A DNA stretch of 64,000 nucleotides from Acidimicrobiales bacterium (GCA_029263215.1 JAJCXY010000040.1:14359-78358); one strand, 5' to 3'; shown: positions 18,135 to 27,154, numbered from the stretch's first letter. Made by a program: numbers and translations. The notes: generated from the sequence alone by a model not told the origin.

Positions 18135-19475
18135 TCAGTCGCCTTGTTCAGCGTCCTCGACGATATCGGCCGACTCGCGGGCCGCGGAGGCGTAGATCCC
18201 CTTGCTCATCAACGAGAACTCCTGGTCTCGCCGGGCCTGGTAGATCTCCGCTCGCGTGCCGTGAGCGGAGATCGACGCGGGGTCGGCCTGCACGGCCAGT
18301 TCCACCAGATGACAGGCAAGACGGAGATCACCGCCGTCGGCTACCTCCCGGGCCCGCGCGCTGAGAGCATCGACACCACCGACGAGGCCCGCGATCTCCG
18401 CGGCGTAGACGGCTTCGGGCGACGGCTTGAGGTGGGCCGGGTTCTTGTCCCACCAGCCCCCGTAGAGTCGCCATAGGTTGCGCACCACGAATTCGGGCTC
18501 GTCGTAGACGGGCTGCATCCAAGGCCTCGTGATGAGGTCGTCGGGCACCGTCACCGAATGCACGATCGCATCGAGAGACTCACCGTTGTTCATCATCTCG
18601 AGGGTCTCTCGGGTGAGCAGTTCCAGGGCGGTGGCGAGGTCGTCGAGTACCCGATCCACCCGCTCGACGCCGTGAATCGGAAGCCCGTGGGCCGGTAGCA
18701 GCCATTCGGCGCGGTAGCCCTGCATCGTGCGCAAAGCTTGAGCCCACTCCCGCGGGTAGCGCTGCACTTTCTGAGGATTCCCACAGTTGGGGAACACCCA
18801 GATCACAAGATCGCCCACACAAAGAGCCCGGTGCTCCGGCACCCACGCCCAGAGATGGTCGTCGGTCTCACCCTTGGAATGATGCAGCTCGAATCCGAGG
18901 CCCCCCACCTCGATCGTGAGGTCGTCACCGAACTCAGAAGAGGGCCACATCACGTCTTCGTTGAGGAAGCTGACGGTGTCGCCAACGTTCATGCCGTGGC
19001 GTTTCGAGATCCCACCGAACTGACGGAGGTTGATGTCGATGTTGTAGCCGTTGGTGAGCTGGTACCTCTCGAAGCGGGGAACCACCGCCTCATGGGCGAT
19101 CACCGCGGGAAGGGCGCGCCCACCGGCCTTGGCCTCCTCCGCGAAGGCCGCGCTACCACCGACATGGTCGACATGTCCGTGGGTGTAGACGAGGGTGTCG
19201 ACAGGGTCGGTCGACCATTCCCGCAAGGCACCGACAACTTTCGCTCCGCTGCTGTTGCTCGACGTGTCGAAGCACACGAGGCCGGTGTCGGTCTGGAAGG
19301 TGACCACATGACTGAACGACTCCACGATCGAGAAGCCGTCGGCCAGGGCGCTCACCTTCTGGGTCACGCGATTGACGGCCTCGTCGTGCTCCCCGGTATC
19401 GATCACCCGCGACGAGAGCTCGACGGGATCCTCGGTGACGATGGGGAGCTGTCCTTGAATTTTGCCGATCATCAC
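18135..19475 (-). CDS. MBL-fold alkyl/aryl-sulfatase-like hydrolase
   Basis: YTHGHVDHVGG metallo-beta-lactamase motif, followed by a helical dimerisation-type domain as in the SdsA1/BDS1 family. Confidence 0.7.
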   Translation of the reverse strand: MMIGKIQGQLPIVTEDPVELSSRVIDTGEHDEAVNRVTQKVSALADGFSIVESFSHVVTFQTDTGLVCFDTSSNSSGAKVVGALREWSTDPVDTLVYTHGHVDHVGGSAAFAEEAKAGGRALPAVIAHEAVVPRFERYQLTNGYNIDINLRQFGGISKRHGMNVGDTVSFLNEDVMWPSSEFGDDLTIEVGGLGFELHHSKGETDDHLWAWVPEHRALCVGDLVIWVFPNCGNPQKVQRYPREWAQALRTMQGYRAEWLLPAHGLPIHGVERVDRVLDDLATALELLTRETLEMMNNGESLDAIVHSVTVPDDLITRPWMQPVYDEPEFVVRNLWRLYGGWWDKNPAHLKPSPEAVYAAEIAGLVGGVDALSARAREVADGGDLRLACHLVELAVQADPASISAHGTRAEIYQARRDQEFSLMSKGIYASAARESADIVEDAEQGD

Positions 19476-19495
19476 CAGACGTTATGCCGAGTGGG

Positions 19496-20050
19496 TCAGC
19501 GTGTCACAAAGAGCTCGATGCTGCGCTCGCCATCGGCACGCGCCTCGCCCGCCCATATCTCATCGACGAGGGGCAGTGAAGGCAGGGCGACCACCGGACT
19601 CGCCTCTAGGTCGAGCAGAGCCACCAGGTGGCCTTGGTCGGCATACACGGCACTGCGGCTGTCGACTTCCAGTCCCCCGAGCTGGGCCAGGGAATCGCGG
19701 ATGCGGGCCGCCGGTTCACCGAAGTCGTCGACCACCGGGCCGAGCTCGAGCTGACGGCCGAGCCCCGCTTCACCCACCCGCTCCCAGTTCGGCTTGTGGT
19801 TGCGTCGGCGCAGACCGGCCAGCCTGAGGCGGCGGACCAGCACCCGACTGTCGACCAGTTCGGCACCGAGCGCTACGGCCCGGCCTTGGTCGACCCTGTC
19901 GATGTCGTAGTGGTCGCCCTGAAAGCCGAGCCGGCGCTTGCCCAACTGCTGGGCGAACCGGTGAAGCTCTTCGTAGGAGTGGTCGCTCACCAGGTGAGCC
20001 CAGCGGGTTCCTCGCCATTCCCAACGGGCATCATCGACGAGCACGGTCAT
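19496..20050 (-). CDS. DUF4031 domain protein
   Basis: ATG 20050 inside ORF 19496..20335. The N-terminus MTVLVDDARWEWRGTRWAHLVSDHSYEELHRFAQQLG matches the DUF4031 pattern. Confidence 0.65.
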   Translation of the reverse strand: MTVLVDDARWEWRGTRWAHLVSDHSYEELHRFAQQLGKRRLGFQGDHYDIDRVDQGRAVALGAELVDSRVLVRRLRLAGLRRRNHKPNWERVGEAGLGRQLELGPVVDDFGEPAARIRDSLAQLGGLEVDSRSAVYADQGHLVALLDLEASPVVALPSLPLVDEIWAGEARADGERSIELFVTR

Positions 20051-20105
20051 TGGGGCACGGTAGCGCCGGCTGCCCCGTCCGGCTCCGGCGTGACAGACTG
20101 CATCG

Positions 20106-20495
20106 GTGATCGACGCCACCGCCGACGAGGTGCTGCTGTGCATCCCGGCCCGGCCGGAGTACGGCCGCATCGTTCGCGTCGGAGCGGCCGCCCTGGGCCT
20201 ACGCCAGTCCATGTCGTTCTCGGAAATCGACGACCTCCGACTCGCCATCGACGAGGCGATGATCCTGCTTCTCGATGGCCTCGCGGTCGACACCGAAGCC
20301 AACATCGACATCGTCTTTCGCATCGACGACGGCAACCTCGAACTCGAAGCGGGCCGAAGCGATCACCGCCAACTTCGTGACGCGGCCGTGCAGCGATTCG
20401 ACTCGATCACCTCGGGGCTGATCGACGACTACGACGTCGATCTCGAACGGGGCTGGCTGCGCCTGAAGAAGACCCCCGCCCCGATCGACGCCTGA
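20106..20495 (+). CDS. Hypothetical protein, weakly anti-sigma-factor (HATPase_c_2)-like
   Basis: GTG 20106. LLCIPARPEYGRIVRVGAAALG...DDLRLAIDEAMILLL resembles the N-terminal half of RsbW-type proteins but lacks an obvious N-box. Confidence 0.4.
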   Translation: MIDATADEVLLCIPARPEYGRIVRVGAAALGLRQSMSFSEIDDLRLAIDEAMILLLDGLAVDTEANIDIVFRIDDGNLELEAGRSDHRQLRDAAVQRFDSITSGLIDDYDVDLERGWLRLKKTPAPIDA

Positions 20496-20502
20496 ACCAG
20501 CT

Positions 20503-20958
20503 CTAGCGGCCGGTCGAACCGAATCCCTTGGCGCCTCGGTCGCTCTCGTCGAGCGAGTCGACCTCCACGAACTCGACCGTCTCGACCGCCTGCACCACCA
20601 GCTGGGCGATCCGCTCACCCCGAGTGACCTCGAAGGCATCCGTTGGATCGTGATTGACGAGGCACACCTTGAGCTCGCCGCGATAACCCGAATCGATCAG
20701 GCCGGGCGTGTTGAGACAGGTGACCCCATGCTTGAGAGCGAGCCCGCTGCGGGGCTGTACGAAACCGGCGTAGCCCTCGGGGATGGCGATGGCGATACCG
20801 GTGGGAACCAGGGCCCGGCCGCCTGCCGCATCGAGGGTTACGTCCTCCCTGGCAACGAGGTCGATTCCGGCATCGCCGGGCCTGGCGTAGCAGGGGAGAG
20901 GGAGTTCGGGATCGAGACGGAGGACAGGCAGATCGAGCACAGGCGAAACGTAGCCCAC
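20503..20958 (-). CDS. dut: dUTP diphosphatase
   Basis: [31 protein letters not shown] and [10 protein letters not shown] motifs. GTG 20940 is an alternative start. Confidence 0.95.
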   Translation of the reverse strand: MGYVSPVLDLPVLRLDPELPLPCYARPGDAGIDLVAREDVTLDAAGGRALVPTGIAIAIPEGYAGFVQPRSGLALKHGVTCLNTPGLIDSGYRGELKVCLVNHDPTDAFEVTRGERIAQLVVQAVETVEFVEVDSLDESDRGAKGFGSTGR

Positions 20959-20979
20959 TCAGGCGTCTAGCCTGAACCG

Positions 20980-21528
20980 ATGCTCGCTTGGATGGATCTG
21001 GAGATGACCGGCCTCGACCCTGACCGCCACGTCATCGTCGAGATCGCCACGCTGCTCACCGACAACAAGCTCGAACTGGTGGCCGAGGGTCCCGACCTCA
21101 TCGTTCACGCCGGTGAAATCGAGTTGGCCGGGATGGACGACTTCGTCACCAACATGCACACCAAAAGCGGTCTGCTCGAACAGATCAAGACATCTCCGAT
21201 CTCCCTCGCCGAGGCAGGCGAGAAGACCCTGGCGTTTCTCCAGCAGCACATCTCCGAAGCCGGCAAGGTGCCCCTCTGCGGAAACTCCATAGGCACCGAC
21301 CGGCGCTTTCTCGCCAAGCACCTCCCCGAAATCGAAGACTTCCTGCACTATCGCTCGATCGACGTTTCCACCATCAAGGAGTTGGCTCGCCGCTGGCGGC
21401 CCGAGGTGTTCAGCGCCGCACCCAAGAAGGCGGGCGGCCATAGGGCCCTCGACGACATCCGAGAGAGCCTCGAAGAGCTGCGCCACTACCGGCAGGCCTT
21501 TTTCGTCACTCCGCCACCGGCATCGTAG
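20980..21528 (+). CDS. orn: Oligoribonuclease
   Basis: WMDLEMTGLDPDRHVIVEIA (DEDDh exo I), CGNSIGTDRRFL, and HRALDDIRESLEELRHYR. Confidence 0.92.
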   Translation: MLAWMDLEMTGLDPDRHVIVEIATLLTDNKLELVAEGPDLIVHAGEIELAGMDDFVTNMHTKSGLLEQIKTSPISLAEAGEKTLAFLQQHISEAGKVPLCGNSIGTDRRFLAKHLPEIEDFLHYRSIDVSTIKELARRWRPEVFSAAPKKAGGHRALDDIRESLEELRHYRQAFFVTPPPAS

Positions 21529-21529
21529 G

Positions 21530-22618
21530 GTGCTGCGGGTGAACCCACCCGTTTATCGAAAGCAGGAGCAGGAACCCGCCTCCGAAGAGGTGATCGAGGT
21601 CGCCCCGGGCATCTTGCGCATGCAGCTACCGATATCCCTCCCCGGCCTCGGGCACGTCAACTGCTACGCCCTGATCGACGGCGATGGCGTCGCCCTGGTG
21701 GATCCCGGCCTCCCTGGCAAGGAATCGTGGGACGCCCTGCTTCGGCGCCTCCAGCGCGCGGAGATCCCGATCGAGCGGGTGCACACCACCATCATCACCC
21801 ACTCCCACCCCGACCATTTCGGAGGCGCCGCTCAACTCCGCGAAACCACACGCTCGGAGGTGATCACCCACGAGACGTTCCGGTCGAGCATCATCGAGAC
21901 CAACGACGACCTCGCCACCGAGATCCTCGAGTTGTCCGACGAGGAGATCGTCGCCCTGTGGAAGCAGAGGATCGAGGAGGGCCCACCGACCGACTGGGGT
22001 ACCCGCCGCCAACCTCCTCCTGATCACGCCATCCGGCGCTGGATCCGCGACGAGGGTCGGGGCCACGGCTTCCTCTCGCCCCGCCCCACCCAACGCGTCG
22101 CCGACGGTCAGCCGATGAAGTTCGCAGGTCGGGAATGGTTCGCCACCCATACCCCCGGGCACACCGTGGATCACCTGTGCCTGTGGGACCCCACCGAAGG
22201 TGTGCTGCTGTCGGGCGACCACATCTTGCCCACCATTACTCCCCACATCGCAGGCTCTACCGAACTGGCCGATCCCCTCGCCACCTTCTTCGCCTCGCTC
22301 GATCGCATCGCCGCCCTCGAAGGTGTCACCGCAGTGCTCCCCGCGCACGGCCACCCAATGGACGAGGCCGGCCACCGCTGCAGCCACATCAAGGATCACC
22401 ACGACGAGCGCCTCGACGTCCTTCGCCACGCCGCCCCCGATCTCGGAGATGCTCCGGTGGAAGCGTGGATGAAGGTTCTGTTCCAAGAACGATCCTGGGG
22501 CGACATGGCCGCCAGCGAGACCTTCGCTCATCTCGAACACCTGAGGGTCGCCGGAGAGGCCGGAAGCCGGCGTGATGCCGACGGACTTCTCTTCTACGAG
22601 TTCGCCATCAGCGCCTGA
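21530..22618 (+). CDS. MBL-fold metallo-hydrolase
   Basis: THSHPDHFGG motif, plus HTPGHT and LPAHGHP. GTG start lies 1 nt after the orn stop. Confidence 0.75.
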   Translation: MLRVNPPVYRKQEQEPASEEVIEVAPGILRMQLPISLPGLGHVNCYALIDGDGVALVDPGLPGKESWDALLRRLQRAEIPIERVHTTIITHSHPDHFGGAAQLRETTRSEVITHETFRSSIIETNDDLATEILELSDEEIVALWKQRIEEGPPTDWGTRRQPPPDHAIRRWIRDEGRGHGFLSPRPTQRVADGQPMKFAGREWFATHTPGHTVDHLCLWDPTEGVLLSGDHILPTITPHIAGSTELADPLATFFASLDRIAALEGVTAVLPAHGHPMDEAGHRCSHIKDHHDERLDVLRHAAPDLGDAPVEAWMKVLFQERSWGDMAASETFAHLEHLRVAGEAGSRRDADGLLFYEFAISA

Positions 22619-23388
22619 TTCCCGCTCTGAGAGCCGACGCGGCGCACCCGCGCCACGCTGCCGGCCACACCGTCGGTCATCAACCAGAGGTCGATCCCAT
22701 CATCGGCTTCCAGCCACCGGAGGTGCGTGTTGTGGTGCTGTTCGACGCCGGCCCCGTGCTCGAGTTCGGCTCGAATGGCCGTGACGGGAAACTCGGTGAG
22801 GGCGAGAACCTCTTCCACCGCCACCCATTGGGCCGCGTTGTTGACATGGCCGAGAATGTCGAGGTCGGCGAATCGCACCGCCCACGGCTCGTCGCCGGCA
22901 CCCTCGATGGGCTGGTTGGGGAGACTCTGACGAGCCGAAACGACTCGATCACCGGCGGTGGGCCCGTAGATCTCGAAGAAGTCGGGGTTGAGCTTGCGGG
23001 GCCGGCCCGTTTCCAGGTCGACATGAATCCACAAGGTGACCGCCGTGATTCGAGCACCCTCGTCGCCGGTTAGGTCAGTACGACGTTCTGCCCACCGGCT
23101 GCCATGACCGCTACACCAGGTGGCCAGTTCCACCCATTCCTGAAAGACCGGCGCCGTGTGCACCTCGATCAGGGTGCGCCTCACCACCCAGTTCATCGGG
23201 TCGATGAGGCCGCTGTCCGCCGAATCGTCACGGGCAACGTCTTGGAGATGGCGGACCACCGAATCGAGTCGACAGCGCCCGGTGGGGTCGACGTCGCCGA
23301 GCCGAATTCGGCGACCTCGGCGGTAGACCCGGCCCTCCTCGGGAAGCGGGACAAATTCGACTGCTCCAGGCTCGGGCATGGGCCGCAC
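22594..23388 (-). CDS. Acyl-ACP/acyl-CoA thioesterase family (double hotdog)
   Basis: Two hotdog halves with RLGDVDPTGR and FADLDILGHVNNAAQW motifs. The 3' end overlaps the convergent MBL gene by 25 nt. Confidence 0.65.
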   Translation of the reverse strand: MRPMPEPGAVEFVPLPEEGRVYRRGRRIRLGDVDPTGRCRLDSVVRHLQDVARDDSADSGLIDPMNWVVRRTLIEVHTAPVFQEWVELATWCSGHGSRWAERRTDLTGDEGARITAVTLWIHVDLETGRPRKLNPDFFEIYGPTAGDRVVSARQSLPNQPIEGAGDEPWAVRFADLDILGHVNNAAQWVAVEEVLALTEFPVTAIRAELEHGAGVEQHHNTHLRWLEADDGIDLWLMTDGVAGSVARVRRVGSQSGNQALMANS

Positions 23389-23491
23389 CGTAGCAATTGA
23401 CGAAGTTGGCGATTAATTCAGTTGACGTCGACCAAGAAGTTCGCGACCGTAGTGCTCGCCGGACCGCCCGGCCGCGCAAAGGGAGGCAGCA

Positions 23492-23647
23492 ATGTTCCAG
23501 TTCCTGTGCCACGAGCATCACACCGCTATTGCGGTCGATGCACGCGCGCGCATGAATGTGCGTTCGGCCTCCTGGCTCACGGATTCGTGGATGTTTACCA
23601 CCAAGCCGTATGCCAACCAGCGGCCCTCCGGCGCCCCCCCTGGCTGA
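23492..23647 (+). CDS. Candidate 51-codon leader peptide (uORF) of the whiB7-like gene
   Basis: GGGAGG Shine-Dalgarno at 23481-23486, then ATG 23492. Hand translation: MFQFLCHEHHTAIAVDARARMNVRSASWLTDSWMFTTKPYANQRPSGAPPG, stop TGA 23645-23647. Its frame differs from the whiB gene. It is rich in rare residues and codons. Confidence 0.5.
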   Translation: MFQFLCHEHHTAIAVDARARMNVRSASWLTDSWMFTTKPYANQRPSGAPPG

Positions 23648-23674
23648 TCAGCCACCCTGAAGGGGAGACGCATC

Positions 23675-23710
23675 GAGGCCGCCGGAAATCCGGCGGTCTT
23701 TCTGGTTTTC
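23675..23710 (+). terminator. Intrinsic terminator/attenuator hairpin in the whiB7-like leader
   Basis: GAGGCCGCCGG-AAAT-CCGGCGGTCTT stem of about 10 bp, followed by the U-rich tract TCTGGTTTTC. It lies 28 nt after the uORF stop and 93 nt before the whiB start. Confidence 0.55.
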
Positions 23711-23802
23711 GGGCCAAGTCTCGAGCATCCGCCGCCCAACTCACACTGTCCAGTTCATCACCACCACAAATCGCAGAGAATTCCCAGGAAGGAGACGGGG
23801 TC

Positions 23803-24171
23803 ATGAGAACCCTCGTCGAACAAGCACATCAGATCCGGGTCGAGGCCGACGAAGTCACATGGGAGAACCATGCGGCCTGCCGCGCCGTGTCGAACGCCGG
23901 CGATCTCTTCTTCAGTGAGGACATCGGCGACATCGCCGCGGCCAAGCGGGTCTGCTCTGAATGCTCGGTACTGGCATCGTGCCTCGAGGGAGCCCTCGAA
24001 CGGCGTGAGCCGGTGGGCGTCTGGGGTGGCCAGCTGTTCATGAACGGCAAGATGCTGGCGATCAAGCGGCGTCGGGGCCGGCCTCCCAAGGTGGCTCGCC
24101 CCGAAGACCAGATGCCGGTGATTCCGATACCGGCCCATCTGGCCGAGGTCGCTCACCTGCGTACCGCCTGA
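23803..24171 (+). CDS. whiB7: WhiB-family Fe-S transcription factor with a C-terminal AT-hook (WhiB7-like)
   Basis: ATG 23803 with an AGGAAGGAG Shine-Dalgarno. Four Cys (C26, C51, C54, C60). EPVGVWGGQLF turn and KRRRGRPPK AT-hook, close to mycobacterial WhiB7 (EPWGVWGGEIF...KRPRGRPRK). Confidence 0.85.
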   Translation: MRTLVEQAHQIRVEADEVTWENHAACRAVSNAGDLFFSEDIGDIAAAKRVCSECSVLASCLEGALERREPVGVWGGQLFMNGKMLAIKRRRGRPPKVARPEDQMPVIPIPAHLAEVAHLRTA

Positions 24172-24178
24172 CGGTAGA

Positions 24179-24262
24179 GGCGTGGTGCTGTCGTAGAGCT
24201 CTGACGGATCCGGGCAACGGCTCAAGCGAGCCCCGATCCGATCTCTACGCCGGCACCACGCC
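24179..24262 (+). other. Nested inverted repeats (long hairpin) downstream of whiB7
   Basis: Outer arms GGCGTGGTGCTGTCGTAGAG (24179-24198) and CTCTACGCCGGCACCACGCC (24243-24262), 16/20 complementary. Inner arms CGGATCCGGG (24205-24214) and CCCCGATCCG (24231-24240), 9/10. No U tract follows. Confidence 0.45.
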
Positions 24263-24393
24263 CGTGGTCGTCGCACCGTCACGGGAACCCTTGGCGCTTC
24301 ACGGTCGTTGGAAGAACAAGTCGGCTCACGGAGTTTCCACGGTCGACCCCCAAGTTCAGCGCGCCACCGCTACCGTTTTGACCGGAGTTTCAT

Positions 24394-24993
24394 TTGCAAG
24401 CCGATCCCCGTGCTCTTCGTTCTTCTGGTCGCGCCCCCTCCCGACGCGGCTTTATTCTCGCGTCCCTCGTCACGCCGGCGGCGGTGCTCGCGGCCTGCAG
24501 CAGCGACAACGACGGCACCGCAGGGGTGATCCGGCTGGGTAGCGACGAGCTCGCCCCCTCCGTCGACGACATCCAGGACAACAGTGCGGAAGGATCCGAT
24601 GTCGATTTCGACTTCACCACTTTCGACGGAGTCAGCTCCAACCTCGCCAGCTACGCGGGGCGTCCACTGGTGATCAACTTCTTCGCCCGCACCTGTCCCC
24701 CGTGTGTGGCCGAGATGCCCGAGTTCGAGGCGGTCTTCCAGGATTTCGGAGGTTCGGTCGCCTTCGTCGGGATATCGCTCGATGCCCGCCTCGAAGATGC
24801 CCGGGATCTCGCCGATGAGACCGGCGTGAGCTACGACCTCGGATGGGACCCAGGGAGCGACCTGTTCAGTGAGTTCGGCGGCTTCGCGATGCCAACCACC
24901 GTGTTCGTCACGCCCGAGGGCTCAATCAACGAGTTGTGGTCGGGTGTACTCAGCGCCGACCTGCTGATCGAAAAGATCAACGAGCTCACCTGA
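24394..24993 (+). CDS. TlpA/ResA-family thiol-disulfide oxidoreductase; Tat-type signal and lipobox
   Basis: TTG 24394 with GGAG 7 nt upstream. SRRGFILASL twin-arginine motif, LAACS lipobox and a CPPC thioredoxin active site. Confidence 0.8.
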   Translation: MQADPRALRSSGRAPSRRGFILASLVTPAAVLAACSSDNDGTAGVIRLGSDELAPSVDDIQDNSAEGSDVDFDFTTFDGVSSNLASYAGRPLVINFFARTCPPCVAEMPEFEAVFQDFGGSVAFVGISLDARLEDARDLADETGVSYDLGWDPGSDLFSEFGGFAMPTTVFVTPEGSINELWSGVLSADLLIEKINELT

Positions 24994-26114
24994 TGGACCT
25001 CGATCAACTCACCTGGCCGTTCAGCGTGGGAATGCTGGCAGCGTTCAATCCGTGCGGCTTCGCCATGTTGCCCACCTATCTCGGCTACTTCATCGGCCTC
25101 GACGGCGACGAAGCCAACCAGTCCCGACTCAGGGCGGTCACACGCGGCCTGCTCGTGGGCGGCATGCTCACCCTCGGTTTCGTGGCCGTATTCGGCACCC
25201 TCGGCATATTCATCGCCCTCTTCCTCAATCAGGGCACGATCACCGAATACGTCGGTTACATCACCGTCGTGGTCGGCGCCGTCCTGATCCCGATGGGCAT
25301 AGCCATGGCCATGGGGAAGCAGATCGCGTTGCGGCTCCCCAAGATGAACAAGGGCACCGGCAGCCGCGAGATGCGATCGATGTTCCTCTTCGGGGTGAGC
25401 TATGCGGTGGTGTCACTCAGCTGCACCATCGCCTTGTTCGTGAGTGCGGTGAGCAGCACCTTCGACGACGACGGGTTTGTCGACGGGGTGGCGGCCTTCG
25501 TGGCCTACGGAGTCGGCATGGGTGCGGTGATCTTGTTCCTGACGGTGAGCCTGGCCCGGGCCCGCTCCAACGTGGCGCTGCACATGCGCCGCTTCCTGCC
25601 CCATGTAGGCAAGGTCTCGGGCGTCGTGCTCGTGCTGGCCGGCTTCTACCTGCTCAACTACGGCACCTGGGAAATCAGGATCCTCAGCGACGCCTCGGCC
25701 ACAAATCCCGTGGTCGACAAGTTCCTCGAGTTCCAGGCCGCGGTCAGCAACTGGGTCAACACCACAACCACTGAACGCCTCGCGGTCGTGAGCCTGCTGG
25801 GGATTCTGGGAATCCTCCTCCTGGCCTGGCGCGAAGACACCACCGACGACCACGCCAAGCGTCGTTCGATCTCGGCGGTCTACGTGCTCACCTATCTCTT
25901 CGTCGAAGCGATGAACGACGGCGACTTCGTCTTCCTTCCCCTGGTTCGTTTCGTCGCCAACTGGCCGGCCCGGATCGGCCACTGGTTCACCGATCCGTTC
26001 CGATTCGGCGTGCCCCTCGAGCTCCTCTTCGTGGCGCTGGTGGTCTGGCGGGTCTTGGCCCGGGCGACTGACTATCGTCGCAGCCATGCTGCGGTCCCTG
26101 CTCGCACGACCTGA
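24993..26114 (+). CDS. ccdA: Cytochrome c biogenesis / thiol-reductant transporter, CcdA (DsbD) family, with a C-terminal extension of about 130 aa
   Basis: ATG 24993 overlaps the tlpA stop (TGATG). AAFNPCGFAMLPTYL and a second conserved Cys in VVSLSCTIALF. Extra TM segments follow residue 250. Confidence 0.75.
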   Translation: MDLDQLTWPFSVGMLAAFNPCGFAMLPTYLGYFIGLDGDEANQSRLRAVTRGLLVGGMLTLGFVAVFGTLGIFIALFLNQGTITEYVGYITVVVGAVLIPMGIAMAMGKQIALRLPKMNKGTGSREMRSMFLFGVSYAVVSLSCTIALFVSAVSSTFDDDGFVDGVAAFVAYGVGMGAVILFLTVSLARARSNVALHMRRFLPHVGKVSGVVLVLAGFYLLNYGTWEIRILSDASATNPVVDKFLEFQAAVSNWVNTTTTERLAVVSLLGILGILLLAWREDTTDDHAKRRSISAVYVLTYLFVEAMNDGDFVFLPLVRFVANWPARIGHWFTDPFRFGVPLELLFVALVVWRVLARATDYRRSHAAVPARTT

Positions 26115-26688
26115 GGTCACCGAGGTCGCCCAACTCCGGAGCCCTTTCGGGCTCATGGCGTTTCACGGCGGCAACCTTGAGCGCGCCACCGATGCCATAG
26201 CGGCCGAGGTGGCCGAACGGACCGGATCGTCGTACTACGGCGTGATCCAAAACGCCCCTCTGCGCGAGCACATCCCCAGCACCAAGTTCGACCCAACCCA
26301 CTCACCCCGCCTCGCCGGCTTCCTCGACCATGTCGACACGGTCATCGCGGTTCACGGCTACGGCCGAGACGATCGCTTCTGGGACGTGCTGCTCGGAGGT
26401 CGCAATCGCGATCTGGCGGGCCACCTCGCTCAACACCTACGCGACGGACTACCCGACGAGTTCGGCGTGATCGATGACGTCGAAGACATACCCAGAGGAC
26501 TTCGCGGCCAGCACTCCGCCAACCCCGTCAACCTGCCCACCAACGCCGGGGTCCAACTCGAGCTGCCGCCGCCATTGCGGTGGAACAAGGCGGAGTCGAA
26601 CTGGTCCGATCACGAGGGCACGGGGCGGGCGTCCCAGGTCACCATCCTCATCGATCTGCTGGTGGCCGCTCTCGCCAGTTGGGACTGA
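26086..26688 (+). CDS. Poly-gamma-glutamate hydrolase family protein (UPF0714/YjqB-like)
   Basis: FHGGNLERATDAIAAEVA...HIPSTKFD...VIAVHGY pattern. Overlaps the ccdA 3' end by 29 nt. Confidence 0.6.
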   Translation: MLRSLLARPEVTEVAQLRSPFGLMAFHGGNLERATDAIAAEVAERTGSSYYGVIQNAPLREHIPSTKFDPTHSPRLAGFLDHVDTVIAVHGYGRDDRFWDVLLGGRNRDLAGHLAQHLRDGLPDEFGVIDDVEDIPRGLRGQHSANPVNLPTNAGVQLELPPPLRWNKAESNWSDHEGTGRASQVTILIDLLVAALASWD

Positions 26689-26703
26689 GCGCCCCGTTCG
26701 CGT

Positions 26704-27087
26704 TCAGCCTGCGGCCTGTATCTCGGCGAGCACCGCGCCCAACTCGGCCATCGCAGCGTCGCGGTTGGCATAGTCGAGGATCGCGGTGGTGATCCTGGTG
26801 TTCCACTCGGGATCGATCTCGGCGTCGGTACCGATGAGGTCGACCATGGCCAGGAGGGGCCGACAGATCGCTTCACGGAAGTCGGGGTCGTCGGGGAAGG
26901 CCTGGCCCTGGCCACACGTGTCCACACCGTCTCCGGTTGTGTCCTCGACAGCCTCGGTATCGGCGGCAGCCGAATCGGCTTCGACATTCGCCGAATCAGC
27001 GGCCGTGTCGCTGGAGGATGAACCGCCACCACAGGCGGATGCCAGGAGGCCGAACGAAACCAGGACGGCGGTGATGAGCTTGGGCAT
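26704..27087 (-). CDS. Small acidic lipoprotein, unknown function
   Basis: Signal peptide with lipobox LLASACG. Two further Cys. Confidence 0.5.
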   Translation of the reverse strand: MPKLITAVLVSFGLLASACGGGSSSSDTAADSANVEADSAAADTEAVEDTTGDGVDTCGQGQAFPDDPDFREAICRPLLAMVDLIGTDAEIDPEWNTRITTAILDYANRDAAMAELGAVLAEIQAAG

Positions 27088-27154
27088 CGGAACTCCGATC
27101 GTGTCTGTTAACGGTGCCGATCGGTCCGCCCGCCCGCGAACTTAGGGTCGCCAC

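Noticed and set aside
23397-23456. Sigma-70-type promoter for whiB7 (TTGACG hexamers at 23397 and 23422, TAGTGC at 23450)
   Set aside because: The spacings to any TANNNT-like -10 element are 11 or 22 nt, outside the usual 16-19 nt. I report only the AT-rich patch as suggestive and do not call a promoter.
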